A stretch of DNA of 64,000 bases from Flavobacteriales bacterium UBA3364 (GTDB lineage Bacteria > Bacteroidota > Bacteroidia > Flavobacteriales_F > PHOS-HE28), in contig DEQO01000055.1 in assembly GCA_002360495.1 (NCBI GenBank), positions 25,645 to 89,644 on the forward strand, in the 5' to 3' direction. Position 1 is the stretch's first letter; each line of letters opens with the position of its first letter. The translations under genes and the position numbers were made by a program. This document shows, in pieces, positions 1-10,205 of this stretch. Below the pieces are notes generated by a model, which saw only the letters and a program-made list of their open reading frames with translations, made no database searches and was not told where the DNA came from.

Positions 1-2747
1 CGCTTGATGGCGCTGAAGGTGGAGCTCAGTTCATCCGTGGCCACGGCACTGATCGGGACCTGGCGGATCTGTCCGTTGAGCATGTCGCGGAACGTGATCT
101 TCATGTCCATGATGGTGCCCACATCGTAGCGCTGGTCGTCCTGCAAACGCACCATGATCTTGTAATCGTCATCGTCCCCCTCGATGCGGTAGGTGCTCAC
201 CTCCTTGCCGAAGAGCGCGCTGCGGATGGCGTCGGCCACAGCATAGGTGCTCACGTTCAAACGGCGGGCTTTCGCACGGTCGATGATGATCGGCATCTCC
301 GGCTTGGCCCGGTCGATGTCGATACGCAAGGCTTCGACACCCGGCACGTTCTTGCTCTCCATGAATGTCTTCAGGCGGTCGGCCTCGGCCAGTAGTGGTT
401 CGATCTCGTCCCCGCTGATCTCGATGTTGATCGGTTTACCGCTCGGCGGACCCGCTGCATCCTTGTCGACGCTGACGATCACACCGGGATAACCGGCGAG
501 CCCCTTCTGCAGCTTGAGCAGTACCTCGTTCGTCTTCAAGCCACGGCGGTCGGCGAATTTCACGAAGTTGAGCTGGATACGGCCCTTGTTCGGCGTGTTG
601 GCCAGGCTCACCCCCTGGGCGGGATCGCTGGTGCCATTGCCCACCTGCGTGATCATGGAGTTGATCAGCCAGTTCACCGTGTCGGTGCGCACCTGTCCGT
701 TGGGGAGCGTGACCTCCTTCATTTCGATGTACGGGGGCACGTTCACGATCGCCTCCACCTGGCGCTCCAAGCGGCGTGTGATCATGTCCGTCTTCTCGAT
801 GTCGGTACCGATCGGCGCCTCAACGAAGACGTTCACATATTTCGGCTCGTTGATCGGGAAGAACTCCACCTTCGGCGGCACCACGATCAGCAACACGATG
901 GCAAGCACCAGCAACCCGAACGTGCCGAGGAGGAAGGTGCGCGGGTGGTGACGATCCAGTGCGTAGCGCAGGAAACGCTCGTAGCGGGCTTCCAACCTCG
1001 GCAGGAACACATCCTGGAACCACCTTGTGCCGGGAACGGCGATCATCAAATTGAGGATGCCGAGGATGCCGGCGAATATGGTGAGGCTGCCGAGGCCGAC
1101 CAGGAAGTCCGCGCCCATGCCTTTGCCCATCACCAGGACCAGTGTGCCGATCACGGCGAAGATGCCAACGAGCTTATAGACCTTCTTCGCGTCCGGGTTC
1201 TCGCGCTCCACCTTCATGAACTGCGTGCTCAACGCCGGATTGACCACCAGGGCCACGAAGAGCGAAGAGCTCAAGGCCACCATGAAGGTGATCGGCATCC
1301 ACTTCATGAATTGGCCCATCATGCCCGGCCAGAAGAGCAGTGGCACGAACACCATCACCGTTGCGGTGGTCGCGGCAACGATCGGCAAGGTCACTTCACC
1401 GACCGCTTTCCGTGTGGCGGCCATGGCCGGTTCGCCGTTGGTCATGTGGCGGTAGATGTTCTCAACGATCACGATGCCGTCATCCACCAAGCGACCGAGC
1501 GCGAGGATCAGCGAGAACAGCACCATGATGTTCAACGTGACACCCGCCGCGTTGAGGATGATGAAGGAGATGAACATGCTCATCGGGATCGCGAGACCCA
1601 CGAACAAGGCGTTGCGCAAACCGAGGAAGAAGAGCAGCGTGCCTACCACGAGGATCACGCCGAAGATGATGTGGTTGAACAGCTCATCCACCTGCACACG
1701 GGTGTCCTCGCTTTGATCTCCCGTAATGGTGATGGTGACATCCTCCGGGATCACCGTACCGCGCGTTTCCTTCAGGATCTCGCTGATCTTGTCACTGGCA
1801 ATGATGAGGTTCTCGCCGGCACGCTTGATCACATCCACCATCACGACGGGTTTGCCGTATTCGCGGGCGTAGCTCTCGGCCTCCTTGTAGTCGAACTCCA
1901 CCGTGGCGATGTCCCGTAAGCGCACCTCCTTCTGGAACTCGTTCTTCACCACGATGTCGCGGATGGTCTCCATATCGGCGAACTCACCGACCACGCGCAC
2001 AGCACGGCGCTGGCCATCGGTGAGCACTTCGCCCCCGCTCATGGTCAGGTTCTCGGTCTGCAACGCCATGGCCACATCCCCGAAGTTCAATTGCAGGGCC
2101 TCCAGCTTGTGCACGTCGATGGCCACCTGCACTTCCTTCTCGGGTACGCCCCGGATGTCCACCTTGTTGATCTCCGGCAGCGCTTCGATACGGTCCTCGA
2201 GGATCTTGGCGTAGTGGTGCAACTGGTCGATGCTGTAATCACCGCTCAAGTTGATGTTCATCACCGGGACCATCTCGGAGAAGTTCATCTCGAAGATGCT
2301 CGGCTCCGCCGGCAGGTCCTTGGGGAAATCGACATCGCCCTGGGCCTTGTCCACCGCGTCCTTCACCTTGCGCAATGCCTCGGTCGGCGTCACGTCGTAG
2401 TTGAACTTCACCTGGATGGTGCTGAAGTTGGGCACGCTCGTGGAGTTGATCTCGTCCACGCCGGTTATGGTGTTGATCTCCTTCTCCAGCGGTTTGGTGA
2501 TGAGCTTCTCGATGTCCACCACCGAACTGCTGTTGTAAGGCGTGGCGACATAGATCTCCGGCGTCACCACCTCCGGGAAGCTCTCCTTCGGCATGGCCGA
2601 ATACGAGTACATGCCGAAGACGGCGATCAGCACACTGATCACGATCACCGTGGTGCGGTTCTTCACCGCCCAGCTGGTGATGGCGAATTGTTTGCCGTGG
2701 CCTTCGCCGTATGCCTCGTTCTCGATGTTGCTGTGGTCCATTGCCAT
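1..2747 (-). CDS. RND efflux transporter permease (AcrB/HAE1-like), 3' end truncated by window edge
   Basis: Minus-strand ATG at 2747 reads MAMDHSNIENEAYGEGHGKQFAITSWAVKNRTTVIVISVLIAVFGMYSY, a typical RND N-terminal TM1, and stays open to position 1. No minus-strand stop in frame; the antisense plus-strand ORFs 945..1919 and 2091..2855 are artefacts. Sits in operon with the adaptor and TolC genes. Confidence 0.85.
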   Translation of the reverse strand, partial: MAMDHSNIENEAYGEGHGKQFAITSWAVKNRTTVIVISVLIAVFGMYSYSAMPKESFPEVVTPEIYVATPYNSSSVVDIEKLITKPLEKEINTITGVDEINSTSVPNFSTIQVKFNYDVTPTEALRKVKDAVDKAQGDVDFPKDLPAEPSIFEMNFSEMVPVMNINLSGDYSIDQLHHYAKILEDRIEALPEINKVDIRGVPEKEVQVAIDVHKLEALQLNFGDVAMALQTENLTMSGGEVLTDGQRRAVRVVGEFADMETIRDIVVKNEFQKEVRLRDIATVEFDYKEAESYAREYGKPVVMVDVIKRAGENLIIASDKISEILKETRGTVIPEDVTITITGDQSEDTRVQVDELFNHIIFGVILVVGTLLFFLGLRNALFVGLAIPMSMFISFIILNAAGVTLNIMVLFSLILALGRLVDDGIVIVENIYRHMTNGEPAMAATRKAVGEVTLPIVAATTATVMVFVPLLFWPGMMGQFMKWMPITFMVALSSSLFVALVVNPALSTQFMKVERENPDAKKVYKLVGIFAVIGTLVLVMGKGMGADFLVGLGSLTIFAGILGILNLMIAVPGTRWFQDVFLPRLEARYERFLRYALDRHHPRTFLLGTFGLLVLAIVLLIVVPPKVEFFPINEPKYVNVFVEAPIGTDIEKTDMITRRLERQVEAIVNVPPYIEMKEVTLPNGQVRTDTVNWLINSMITQVGNGTSDPAQGVSLANTPNKGRIQLNFVKFADRRGLKTNEVLLKLQKGLAGYPGVIVSVDKDAAGPPSGKPINIEISGDEIEPLLAEADRLKTFMESKNVPGVEALRIDIDRAKPEMPIIIDRAKARRLNVSTYAVADAIRSALFGKEVSTYRIEGDDDDYKIMVRLQDDQRYDVGTIMDMKITFRDMLNGQIRQVPISAVATDELSSTFSAIK

Positions 2748-2861
2748 GATACGTTTAACCCCAGAGGCACGGGGGAACGGAGAATACGACGTGCTGGTGT
2801 CGTTCTTGCGTGTGCCCTTGCTTCTGCATTGGATCTGTTTGTGCCTCCGTGGTGAACGACC

Positions 2862-4016
2862 CTAGAGCTTCGTCACTTTCACTTCCTGACCACCCCCGAC
2901 GCTCTTCGCGCCTTCGTCCACCAGGATGGCACCGCCTAGTTCGGAGGCATCACCCTGGGCTGGCACGATCATGGTGCTGCCGCGGTAATCGGCCATACGC
3001 TTCACCATCACCTTGCGGGTCGTCTTCCTTCCGGCGGCATCATCCAGCAGGAAGATGTAGTTGTTGCCGTTCACATCCTCCTGGATGGTCCGGCTCGGCA
3101 CCACCAGCGCCTTCTCCTGTACCTGGTCGCGGATGTGGATCACGCTGAGCAGGTTGGGCCGCAACAGGCCGTTGGCCTCGGGAACACGCACCGTGATGCG
3201 GAAGGTGCGGTTGGCGGGATCGATGTACTTGCTCACGTTGCTCAAAGTGGCCATGATCGTGTCACCCAGGCTCGGGAACTCGACACGAACAGGGTCGCCC
3301 ACCTTGACACGGGTGAGGTAGCTCTCCGGGACATCGGCCTCCAACTGGGCGCCACTGGCATCCACCACACGGGCTACGGGGGACATGCCGGTCATATCAC
3401 CTATGCTCACCATCACCTGGTCCACCGTGCCATCGAACGGCGCGGTGACCTGCGACATACGGCGCTGTTCGCGCAAGGCTGCAAGGCTGGCCTCGGCCTG
3501 TTCCTTCTGGCTCCTGGCCTGCAGGTATTGCATCTCGCTGCCGATCTTCTGTTCCCACAGTTTGCTCTGCTTATCGAACACGTCCTTGGCGAGCGCAGCA
3601 CCCGACTCGGCGGCGGCGATCTGTTTGTCGATCGCATCGTTGTCCAGGTCCACGAGCAACTGGCCGCTGTGTACGCGGTCTCCTTCCTTCACCAACACAC
3701 GGCGCACACGGCCACCACCCATGGCAAAAAGATCCGCGCTCTTGTCCGCCTTCACGGCGCCATGCACCTGCACGAAGTGCTCGAAGGTGCTGGGCTGCAA
3801 CACCAATGTGGTCACGGTAGGAAGGTTCCTGCGTACCGTGGTATCGTGTTCGGCCACCCAGGTCTCGGTCTCCTTGATCTTCAGTCCGAGTTCCTTGTAG
3901 ACGGCCTTCAGGCTGTCGAGCTCCGCACGCTTGCGACCGAGGTCGTCCGTTGGGGTGGTTGCCCCGCACGCGCTCAACAGCACTACAAGGGTGAGAAGGT
4001 GGATCGTGTTCTTCAT
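2862..4016 (-). CDS. Efflux RND periplasmic adaptor subunit (membrane fusion protein, lipoprotein)
   Basis: ORF 2862..4049; preferred start at 4016 is MKNTIHLLTLVVLLSACG, a lipoprotein signal peptide. HlyD/biotin-lipoyl-like adaptor features. Lies between the TolC and RND permease genes. Confidence 0.85.
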   Translation of the reverse strand: MKNTIHLLTLVVLLSACGATTPTDDLGRKRAELDSLKAVYKELGLKIKETETWVAEHDTTVRRNLPTVTTLVLQPSTFEHFVQVHGAVKADKSADLFAMGGGRVRRVLVKEGDRVHSGQLLVDLDNDAIDKQIAAAESGAALAKDVFDKQSKLWEQKIGSEMQYLQARSQKEQAEASLAALREQRRMSQVTAPFDGTVDQVMVSIGDMTGMSPVARVVDASGAQLEADVPESYLTRVKVGDPVRVEFPSLGDTIMATLSNVSKYIDPANRTFRITVRVPEANGLLRPNLLSVIHIRDQVQEKALVVPSRTIQEDVNGNNYIFLLDDAAGRKTTRKVMVKRMADYRGSTMIVPAQGDASELGGAILVDEGAKSVGGGQEVKVTKL

Positions 4017-4035
4017 TGCGTGGTCAGAGGACGGT

Positions 4036-5352
4036 TCAGTAGAGGTCAAGTGCTTTGCGCAGTTCGGCGCGTGCGAGCAGCAGGTCCACCAGGGCGCCGA
4101 TGTATTGCTGTTGCGAAGTGAGGTATTGGGTCTGGTCCTGGTTCAGTTCGAAACTGCCGGAGAGGCCATTGGTGAACTTGATGCTGGTATGATCGAAGAT
4201 CCGCTTGGTCAGTTCCAGGTTCTGTTGTGCAGTGGTATAGCTGTCCATGGTGGTGCGCGCCTTCTGGCTGCGCTCCTGTGCCTCGGCCAGCAGGCGTTGC
4301 TGGGTGGCGGTGAGGTTCACCTGGGTCTGCTGCATGGTGAGCTGCGCCTGCTGCACACGGCTGCTGCGCAGGCCGCTGCTGAAGATGGGCACCTGCAACT
4401 GCAGGCCCCAGAGCGTGGCGGGGAACCAGTCCGTCTCCACGGGTGTGGTGAAACCGAATGCCTGCTGCTGCGTGTTGATGAAGCCAAGGAGCTTGGGCAG
4501 GTAGGCGCTCTTCTGGTTCTTGACCTCGAGCTCCTGCAGGCGCACCATGGTGTTGGCGAGCTGGAAGTCGATGTGACCGTTCAGGTCAAGGGTCATGCTG
4601 GAGAGCGCCACTTCGGCGGGATCGTTCACGATGGTCTCCAGATCGCTCGATAGCGTGACAGGGGTTTCGGCCGGAATGCCGAGGACCAGACGAAGGAAGG
4701 CAAGCGCCACGCTCTCCTGTTGGGTGAACCCGCGCGCGTTGTCGCGGGCATTGGCCAGGGCGATCCGCAGCCGGTCCACATCGGTGGTCTCCATGAAGCC
4801 TTGTGAAAGCATGGCTTCGCCTTCGCTCAGGCTCTTCTCGAGTACCGGAACGCTCTCTGCGCTGAGGCGTCCTCCTTCCCGCGCGGCAAGCACGCCGAGG
4901 TAGGCTTTCGCCGCCTGGTTGCGGGCATCGGCCACTATCCTCTCCAGGTCCTGGGTGCTGCGTGTGCGCAGTTCCCTCGAAGCGCGCAAACCAACGATGT
5001 AGCTGCCGTCGAAAATGAGCTGGTTCAGTTGCAGCACCCCGGTGGTGGTATAGGGCAGGCCGAACTGGATCTGCAGGAATTCAGGGCCGACCTGCGTGAA
5101 GTTGGGGATCACGCTCGTGGGTACCTCCAGGTAGTTGTTGAAGCTCCCGGTGCCTTCGATCTGCGGAAGGCCGAACGCGGTGACCTCCTTGATCTTCTCT
5201 TCCGCCTTCTCGGCATCCAGTACACCAGCCTGTACCGCGTAGCTCTGCTTCGCGGCCAGGTCCATGGCCTGTTGCAGGCTCAGGGTCAACGGCCCTTGGG
5301 CGCTTACCGATAACGAGAGCACGATGGCTGCTATGGTCCAAATGTTCCTCAT
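4036..5352 (-). CDS. TolC-family outer-membrane efflux protein
   Basis: 438 aa with signal peptide MRNIWTIAAIVLSLSVSAQG and TolC-like coiled-coil/beta repeats. ATGA overlap with the upstream TetR stop. Confidence 0.8.
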   Translation of the reverse strand: MRNIWTIAAIVLSLSVSAQGPLTLSLQQAMDLAAKQSYAVQAGVLDAEKAEEKIKEVTAFGLPQIEGTGSFNNYLEVPTSVIPNFTQVGPEFLQIQFGLPYTTTGVLQLNQLIFDGSYIVGLRASRELRTRSTQDLERIVADARNQAAKAYLGVLAAREGGRLSAESVPVLEKSLSEGEAMLSQGFMETTDVDRLRIALANARDNARGFTQQESVALAFLRLVLGIPAETPVTLSSDLETIVNDPAEVALSSMTLDLNGHIDFQLANTMVRLQELEVKNQKSAYLPKLLGFINTQQQAFGFTTPVETDWFPATLWGLQLQVPIFSSGLRSSRVQQAQLTMQQTQVNLTATQQRLLAEAQERSQKARTTMDSYTTAQQNLELTKRIFDHTSIKFTNGLSGSFELNQDQTQYLTSQQQYIGALVDLLLARAELRKALDLY

Positions 5353-6020
5353 GCGTTCACACGTTCCTTGGTCATCTTCTTTTCCAGGTAGTCCAATCCC
5401 TTCTTGCTCGCGATACCACGAACGTGGTAGCGGAAGATCTCCCAGTGCAGGTCGTCCATGCTGAACTGCTCCGGGGGGAACAGTGCGCCGTCGAAGACCA
5501 TGTCGAAGCGCGCGATGTAGATCGTCGCGATCATCGGGATGTTCAGGTCATCGCGGTACAAACCCTCCGTGATCCCGCGCGCCATGTTCTCGCTCATGCA
5601 CGAGAAGATCTCCCGCCGCTTATTGGAGAGCATGTTGTGGAAAGCCGCCGGATGGTACTTCTCCAGGTCGAAATGGATGCTCGGGTGGATGCCTTGCATA
5701 TGCCCGGAGACTGTTGTGGTGATGGCGTACAACTCGTCGATCGCGTTCTGCTTCTCCTTGGCGCGCACCGCGTCGATGTCGCACTTGTAGCAAACGCTCA
5801 AGTGCTTCAACACCCGATCGACCAGATCGTTCTTGTCGCTCACATACTGGTATAGCGTCTTCTTCGAGATGCCCAGTCGGGTGGCCACATCGTCCATGGT
5901 CACGCTCTTGATGCCCAGTTTCCAAAAGACCTTGGCGGTCTCTTCCAGGATGCGGTGGCCGCGCTTATCCATGGGTTCGGCACCGGGCCGATCCATCGAT
6001 ATGTGGTTGTCCTCTGCCAT
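5349..6020 (-). CDS. TetR/AcrR-family transcriptional repressor of the efflux operon
   Basis: Listed ORF 5349..6320 is over-extended. Internal ATG at 6020 gives about 223 aa with an N-terminal HTH: ILEETAKVFWKLGIKSVTMDDVATRLGISKKTLYQYVSDK. First gene of the TetR-TolC-MFP-RND operon. Confidence 0.8.
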   Translation of the reverse strand: MAEDNHISMDRPGAEPMDKRGHRILEETAKVFWKLGIKSVTMDDVATRLGISKKTLYQYVSDKNDLVDRVLKHLSVCYKCDIDAVRAKEKQNAIDELYAITTTVSGHMQGIHPSIHFDLEKYHPAAFHNMLSNKRREIFSCMSENMARGITEGLYRDDLNIPMIATIYIARFDMVFDGALFPPEQFSMDDLHWEIFRYHVRGIASKKGLDYLEKKMTKERVNA

Positions 6021-6053
6021 TTCGGGGCGCAAATCTAGCTGTTGGTGGATACA

Positions 6054-6085
6054 CAGGAAACAATATTCCCAAATTATGTTTCCTG
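6054..6085. promoter_or_regulatory. Perfect 9-bp inverted repeat CAGGAAACA-N14-TGTTTCCTG in the divergent TetR / sensor-kinase promoter region: candidate TetR operator
   Basis: Read directly from the sequence at 6054..6062 and 6077..6085, 34 bp upstream of the TetR start codon. Confidence 0.4.
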
Positions 6086-6217
6086 CGTTCGTCGCCTTCG
6101 ACCAGGAGAACGAGCAGCGCCGCTTTTTACTCTTTCCGCTGCCGCCGCATCGCACCGGTATGCATATCACACCTCCGTGGTATTGGACAACACAACGGGA
6201 ACCATCACCTTTCGACC

Positions 6218-8122
6218 ATGCTGAACATCCGATCGCACCTGCCCAGCATCCGCGCCTACCGGCTCGGGCGTCGGCTCCTCGTTCTCTGGCTGGGCTTGTT
6301 CCCAGGCATCTTCTCGGCACAAACTCCCCTATTGGACAGTTTGCGCGCCGTGCTTCGCAGTACTGTTGCGGAGGGCACGGTCATCGATACCGCACGCTCC
6401 CGTTTGCTCCTGCGCATCAGCGCCGCGCAGTCGAGGTCAGGGGCCTACGATCTGGCGTTCGCCTGTACCAACGAGGCGATCGGCATCCTGGAACGGTTGG
6501 CACCCACCCTTACGGACCCTGCGGTATTGGACCCGCAATTGGCTACTGCCAATAAGCAGCTCGGGCGCCTGTTCACGTACCAAGGGGACCACGAGAACGC
6601 ACTGAAGAGCCTGCAGGAGTCCCATCGTATCGCCGAACGAACGGGGAACGTGAAGGACATCGGTTCGAGCCTGACGCTCATGGCCGGCTGTTTCCGGGAA
6701 ATGGGCGATCCGCAACAAGCCTTGGTGTACGGAAGGCGTTCGATAGGTGTGCTGTCCGCCATCCCCGATGGGAAAGACCTGGGGCTGGCGTACATGGGAC
6801 TGGCCGGCGCTTTCAGCAATGTGGTGGGATCCAAGGATAGCGCGATGTTCTATTTCAAGAAAGCCCGTCACCATTTCGAGCGTACCAAGGACCTTCCGCA
6901 ATTGGCCGCTGTGGACCTCAACCTGGCCGAGCGCTTCCAGGAAATGGGGCAGTTGGATTCGTCGTTGCACTACCTCCAACTAGGCGGCGTCCATGTTGCC
7001 CATTTGAACCCCCAAAGCCAATTGCGTTACCACGGCATGTTGGGACGCGGCATGATCATGCAACATCGGTTCCGGGAAGGTCTCGCGGAACTGCTGATCG
7101 CCGAGCAGATGGCCGATGGCAATCCCGCCGACCTGGGCTTCATCCACCACATACGCGCCCTGGCTCTTGCCGGTATGGGTGAACAGGTGGAAGCGTACCT
7201 TGAATCACGCCGCGGGGATGATGCCATTTTAGCGGACCTGGACATCGAAAGGACCAATGCGATCACCGAAGCGCGGGTCGAATTCGAACACGAAAAGGAA
7301 CAGGTGCTGGCCCAGCGCATGATCGGTGAGCAGCGCATCCGGACACGCTATGCCATCGCCCTGGCCTGCGGTGTTTTCGCGCTCGCCGTGTTGCTCTTTG
7401 CGCGTTTCCGGGCAAGCAAACGATACAGCACGACCCTGGAGGCCAAGAACCAGGAAATACTACGCGCACAGCAAGAGTTGATGGTGAGCGAGAAGCAGCG
7501 CGAAGCCGAACAGGTCCGGACACGCATCGCCAGCGACATTCACGATGAACTGGGGGGGGACCTGACGAAGATCTCCCTGTTGGGCAAGGAAGTGCAACGG
7601 CGATCCATGGAGGACCCAACATCCGTATCCGAGGCTGCGGACCGGCTGGGACGGCTTTCCCGGGAGGTGGTCGGGGCGTTGCGCGACATCGTATGGTCCG
7701 TGGACCCGGAGCAGGATACCTGGCAAGGCCTGGTATCACATGCCTCCGCCTATGCGCAACGCGCACTGGACGGTACCGGCATCCAAGCGGACCTGCATTT
7801 CACGCATCACGGACCCGATGCCCCGATCGACCCGGCGACCAAACGGGACATCTTCCTGTTGCTCAAGGAGGCGCTCAACAATTCCGTCAAACATGCCAAC
7901 GCCTCCGTCATCCACGTAAACTTCACCACGCATGGTGAGGGGTTCCAATTGATCGTAAAGGACAATGGCGATGGATTCGACCCCGTACCGGGCATGCGCG
8001 ATGGGAACGGTTTGCGCAACATGCGCAAACGCAGTGAGCGCCTCGGTGCGCAGTGGGACCTGGCACCCGTTCCCGGCAAAGGCACCACGCTCACTGTACG
8101 ATCGAGCCTTGTTCCTGCATAG
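6218..8122 (+). CDS. TPR-repeat sensor histidine kinase (HisKA_3 + HATPase_c, NarL-partner type)
   Basis: 634 aa with N-terminal signal/TM, TPR-like helical repeats and a second TM (YAIALACGVFALAVLLFA). H-box IHDELGGDL; N-box LKEALNNSVKHANAS; G1 DNGDGFD; G2 GNGLRNMRKR. Confidence 0.85.
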   Translation: MLNIRSHLPSIRAYRLGRRLLVLWLGLFPGIFSAQTPLLDSLRAVLRSTVAEGTVIDTARSRLLLRISAAQSRSGAYDLAFACTNEAIGILERLAPTLTDPAVLDPQLATANKQLGRLFTYQGDHENALKSLQESHRIAERTGNVKDIGSSLTLMAGCFREMGDPQQALVYGRRSIGVLSAIPDGKDLGLAYMGLAGAFSNVVGSKDSAMFYFKKARHHFERTKDLPQLAAVDLNLAERFQEMGQLDSSLHYLQLGGVHVAHLNPQSQLRYHGMLGRGMIMQHRFREGLAELLIAEQMADGNPADLGFIHHIRALALAGMGEQVEAYLESRRGDDAILADLDIERTNAITEARVEFEHEKEQVLAQRMIGEQRIRTRYAIALACGVFALAVLLFARFRASKRYSTTLEAKNQEILRAQQELMVSEKQREAEQVRTRIASDIHDELGGDLTKISLLGKEVQRRSMEDPTSVSEAADRLGRLSREVVGALRDIVWSVDPEQDTWQGLVSHASAYAQRALDGTGIQADLHFTHHGPDAPIDPATKRDIFLLLKEALNNSVKHANASVIHVNFTTHGEGFQLIVKDNGDGFDPVPGMRDGNGLRNMRKRSERLGAQWDLAPVPGKGTTLTVRSSLVPA

Positions 8123-8125
8123 ATC

Positions 8126-10141
8126 ATGATACGCCTGCGGTGTTCCTTGTTCCGTGTATTCGGCTTCGCGATGGCCTATGCCTGCACGCAGATCGGCAAC
8201 GCCCAGGAATCACCGGAACGGTTGGATTCCGTACTGCCGCTCCTGAACACCTCCATCAGGGATACCGCACAGCTGGACCTGCTCATCATGGTGGCCGAGT
8301 CCTGGTACACATCGGACAATGCCTACCCATACCTGGCGCGGATGGACAGCCTCTCCGCAGAACTGCTCAAGAGCCCGAACGCGGATGTACGGCGCAGGGC
8401 ACGCCACGCTCGCGGTGCCTACCACTATTTCATCGGCTACCACGCCAAGTTCGCCCGGAACATCCCCCTGGCGCTGCGATCGCTCCAGCAGGCACTGGCC
8501 GATTTCCAGGTCCACAACGAACGCCATGCGATGGCAGAGACCAATGACGCATTGGGCGTACTGTTCCGCGCAGCGGGGCATCCTGAGCGGTCCATCGCGT
8601 TCTTCCAGGAAGAACTTCGTTTGGGACGCGAATTGCGGCACGACCATGTGACCAACCAGGCCCTTGTCCATCTGGCCGCTGCGCACATCGAGAGCCATCG
8701 GCCGGACATTGCGGCGATATACCTCGATTCATGTGGCAGGGGCACGCCGGCGGACAGTTCCGCGGTACTGTTGGAACGGGCGAAGATCAGCACGCTCCAG
8801 GGCAAGCATTCGGACGCCATCGCACAACTTGAAAAGAGCCTGACGTTCGCCGGGCGATCGGCGAACCCGTGGGACAAGTTGCCCGTTCTTTCCCCCCTGG
8901 CCCGGTCCTTCTACGCCATCGGTAAACATGAGAAAGGTCTTGCGGCCGCTCGCGAATGCGTAGACATCGCCGAGCGCATGGGCGACCAGACCGCGCGTTG
9001 CGCATGCACCATGTTGATCGGCATCGGGGAACTTTCCTTGGGCCGGGACGCCGATGCCGAACGAACGCTTCTCGAAGGATTGCGACTGGCCGAAGCGAAC
9101 CACAACGTGGGCGCGGCCCGCGAACTCGGTGACGAGGGATCCATGGTGCATGCGAGCAAATTGCTCAAGGACCTGTACCGGAAACAAGGACGCCTACCGG
9201 AGGCGCTCGCCATGACCGACCTATGGTCCGGTTTGAAGGACAGTGTTGCACGCATGGACGGGCGGGAAGAGATCCTCTTGTTCGAATTCCAGCGCGAACA
9301 CTACACCGACAGCCTGGCGAACGTGGAACAGGTGCGGTCCCAACAAGCGCTGCACGATCGCCAGATCGCAGCCGAAAAGACCCGGCGCAACATGTTCGCC
9401 CTGTTGGGGATATTACTGCTCGTGGTGGTGGTCGCATTCTGGAGCAGGGCACGCCTGTTGCGCCGCAGCAATGCCGCGATCCTGACGGCACAGGACCAGT
9501 TGCTCGCCAGCGAAAAAGCATTGGAGGCAGAGGCCGTGCGAACACGGATCGCACGCGATATCCACGACGAGCTCGGAAGTGATCTGACCAAGATCGCCAT
9601 GCTCGGCAGTGAAGCGAAACGCCGCATGGCCGATGGGTCGGACCAAGTGGCCCCGGTTCTCGATCGGCTCGGGCGTTTGGCCCGGGAGGCTGGCGGCGCA
9701 TTGAAGGACATCGTCTGGTCCGTGGATCCCGAACAGGACACCTGGCAAGGACTTGTGCATCACGCGCGGGTGTACGCCCAGCGCGTCCTGGATGGAACAG
9801 GGGTCGAAGCCGATCTACAATTCGGGCATTCCGGTCCGGATGCCCCGATCGACCCGGCCACCAAACGCAACATCTTCCTGGTCCTGAAGGAAGCCTTGAA
9901 CAACGCGCTGAAGTATGCGCAAGCCTCCCGGATCAGCGTTCATTTGAACACCTCCATGCACGGCTTCCAGTTGACCGTCTCCGACAACGGTCCTGGGTTC
10001 GACCCGGTGAACGCAAGCCAGGCAGGGAACGGCCTGCGTAACATGCGCACTCGCGCAGAACGCTTGCGGGCGGAACTCCGCATCAGGGCGAACGACCCGC
10101 AGGGAACACGCCTGGAGCTCGTCTCCGTCACCGGTCCGTGA
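8126..10141 (+). CDS. TPR-repeat sensor histidine kinase, tandem paralogue of 6218..8122
   Basis: 671 aa with the same architecture. The C-terminal ~200 aa are near-identical in motif order to the upstream HK (IHDELGSDLTKI, VWSVDPEQDTWQGLV, DAPIDPATKR, GNGLRNMRTR). The N-terminal TPR sensor region is divergent. Starts 4 nt after the upstream HK. Confidence 0.85.
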   Translation: MIRLRCSLFRVFGFAMAYACTQIGNAQESPERLDSVLPLLNTSIRDTAQLDLLIMVAESWYTSDNAYPYLARMDSLSAELLKSPNADVRRRARHARGAYHYFIGYHAKFARNIPLALRSLQQALADFQVHNERHAMAETNDALGVLFRAAGHPERSIAFFQEELRLGRELRHDHVTNQALVHLAAAHIESHRPDIAAIYLDSCGRGTPADSSAVLLERAKISTLQGKHSDAIAQLEKSLTFAGRSANPWDKLPVLSPLARSFYAIGKHEKGLAAARECVDIAERMGDQTARCACTMLIGIGELSLGRDADAERTLLEGLRLAEANHNVGAARELGDEGSMVHASKLLKDLYRKQGRLPEALAMTDLWSGLKDSVARMDGREEILLFEFQREHYTDSLANVEQVRSQQALHDRQIAAEKTRRNMFALLGILLLVVVVAFWSRARLLRRSNAAILTAQDQLLASEKALEAEAVRTRIARDIHDELGSDLTKIAMLGSEAKRRMADGSDQVAPVLDRLGRLAREAGGALKDIVWSVDPEQDTWQGLVHHARVYAQRVLDGTGVEADLQFGHSGPDAPIDPATKRNIFLVLKEALNNALKYAQASRISVHLNTSMHGFQLTVSDNGPGFDPVNASQAGNGLRNMRTRAERLRAELRIRANDPQGTRLELVSVTGP

Positions 10142-10205
10142 CCGCTGCGGTGGGGGCCTGCGGCAGAAGATGGCCCGATCGGAACGCTTCCATTAGTTTA
10201 GTGGC

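Noticed and set aside
945-1919. 324-aa plus-strand ORF (His/Asp/Glu/Arg-rich)
   Set aside because: Antisense to the RND permease gene. Low-complexity composition typical of wrong-frame ORFs in high-GC DNA. The same applies to 2091..2855 and 3135..4121.
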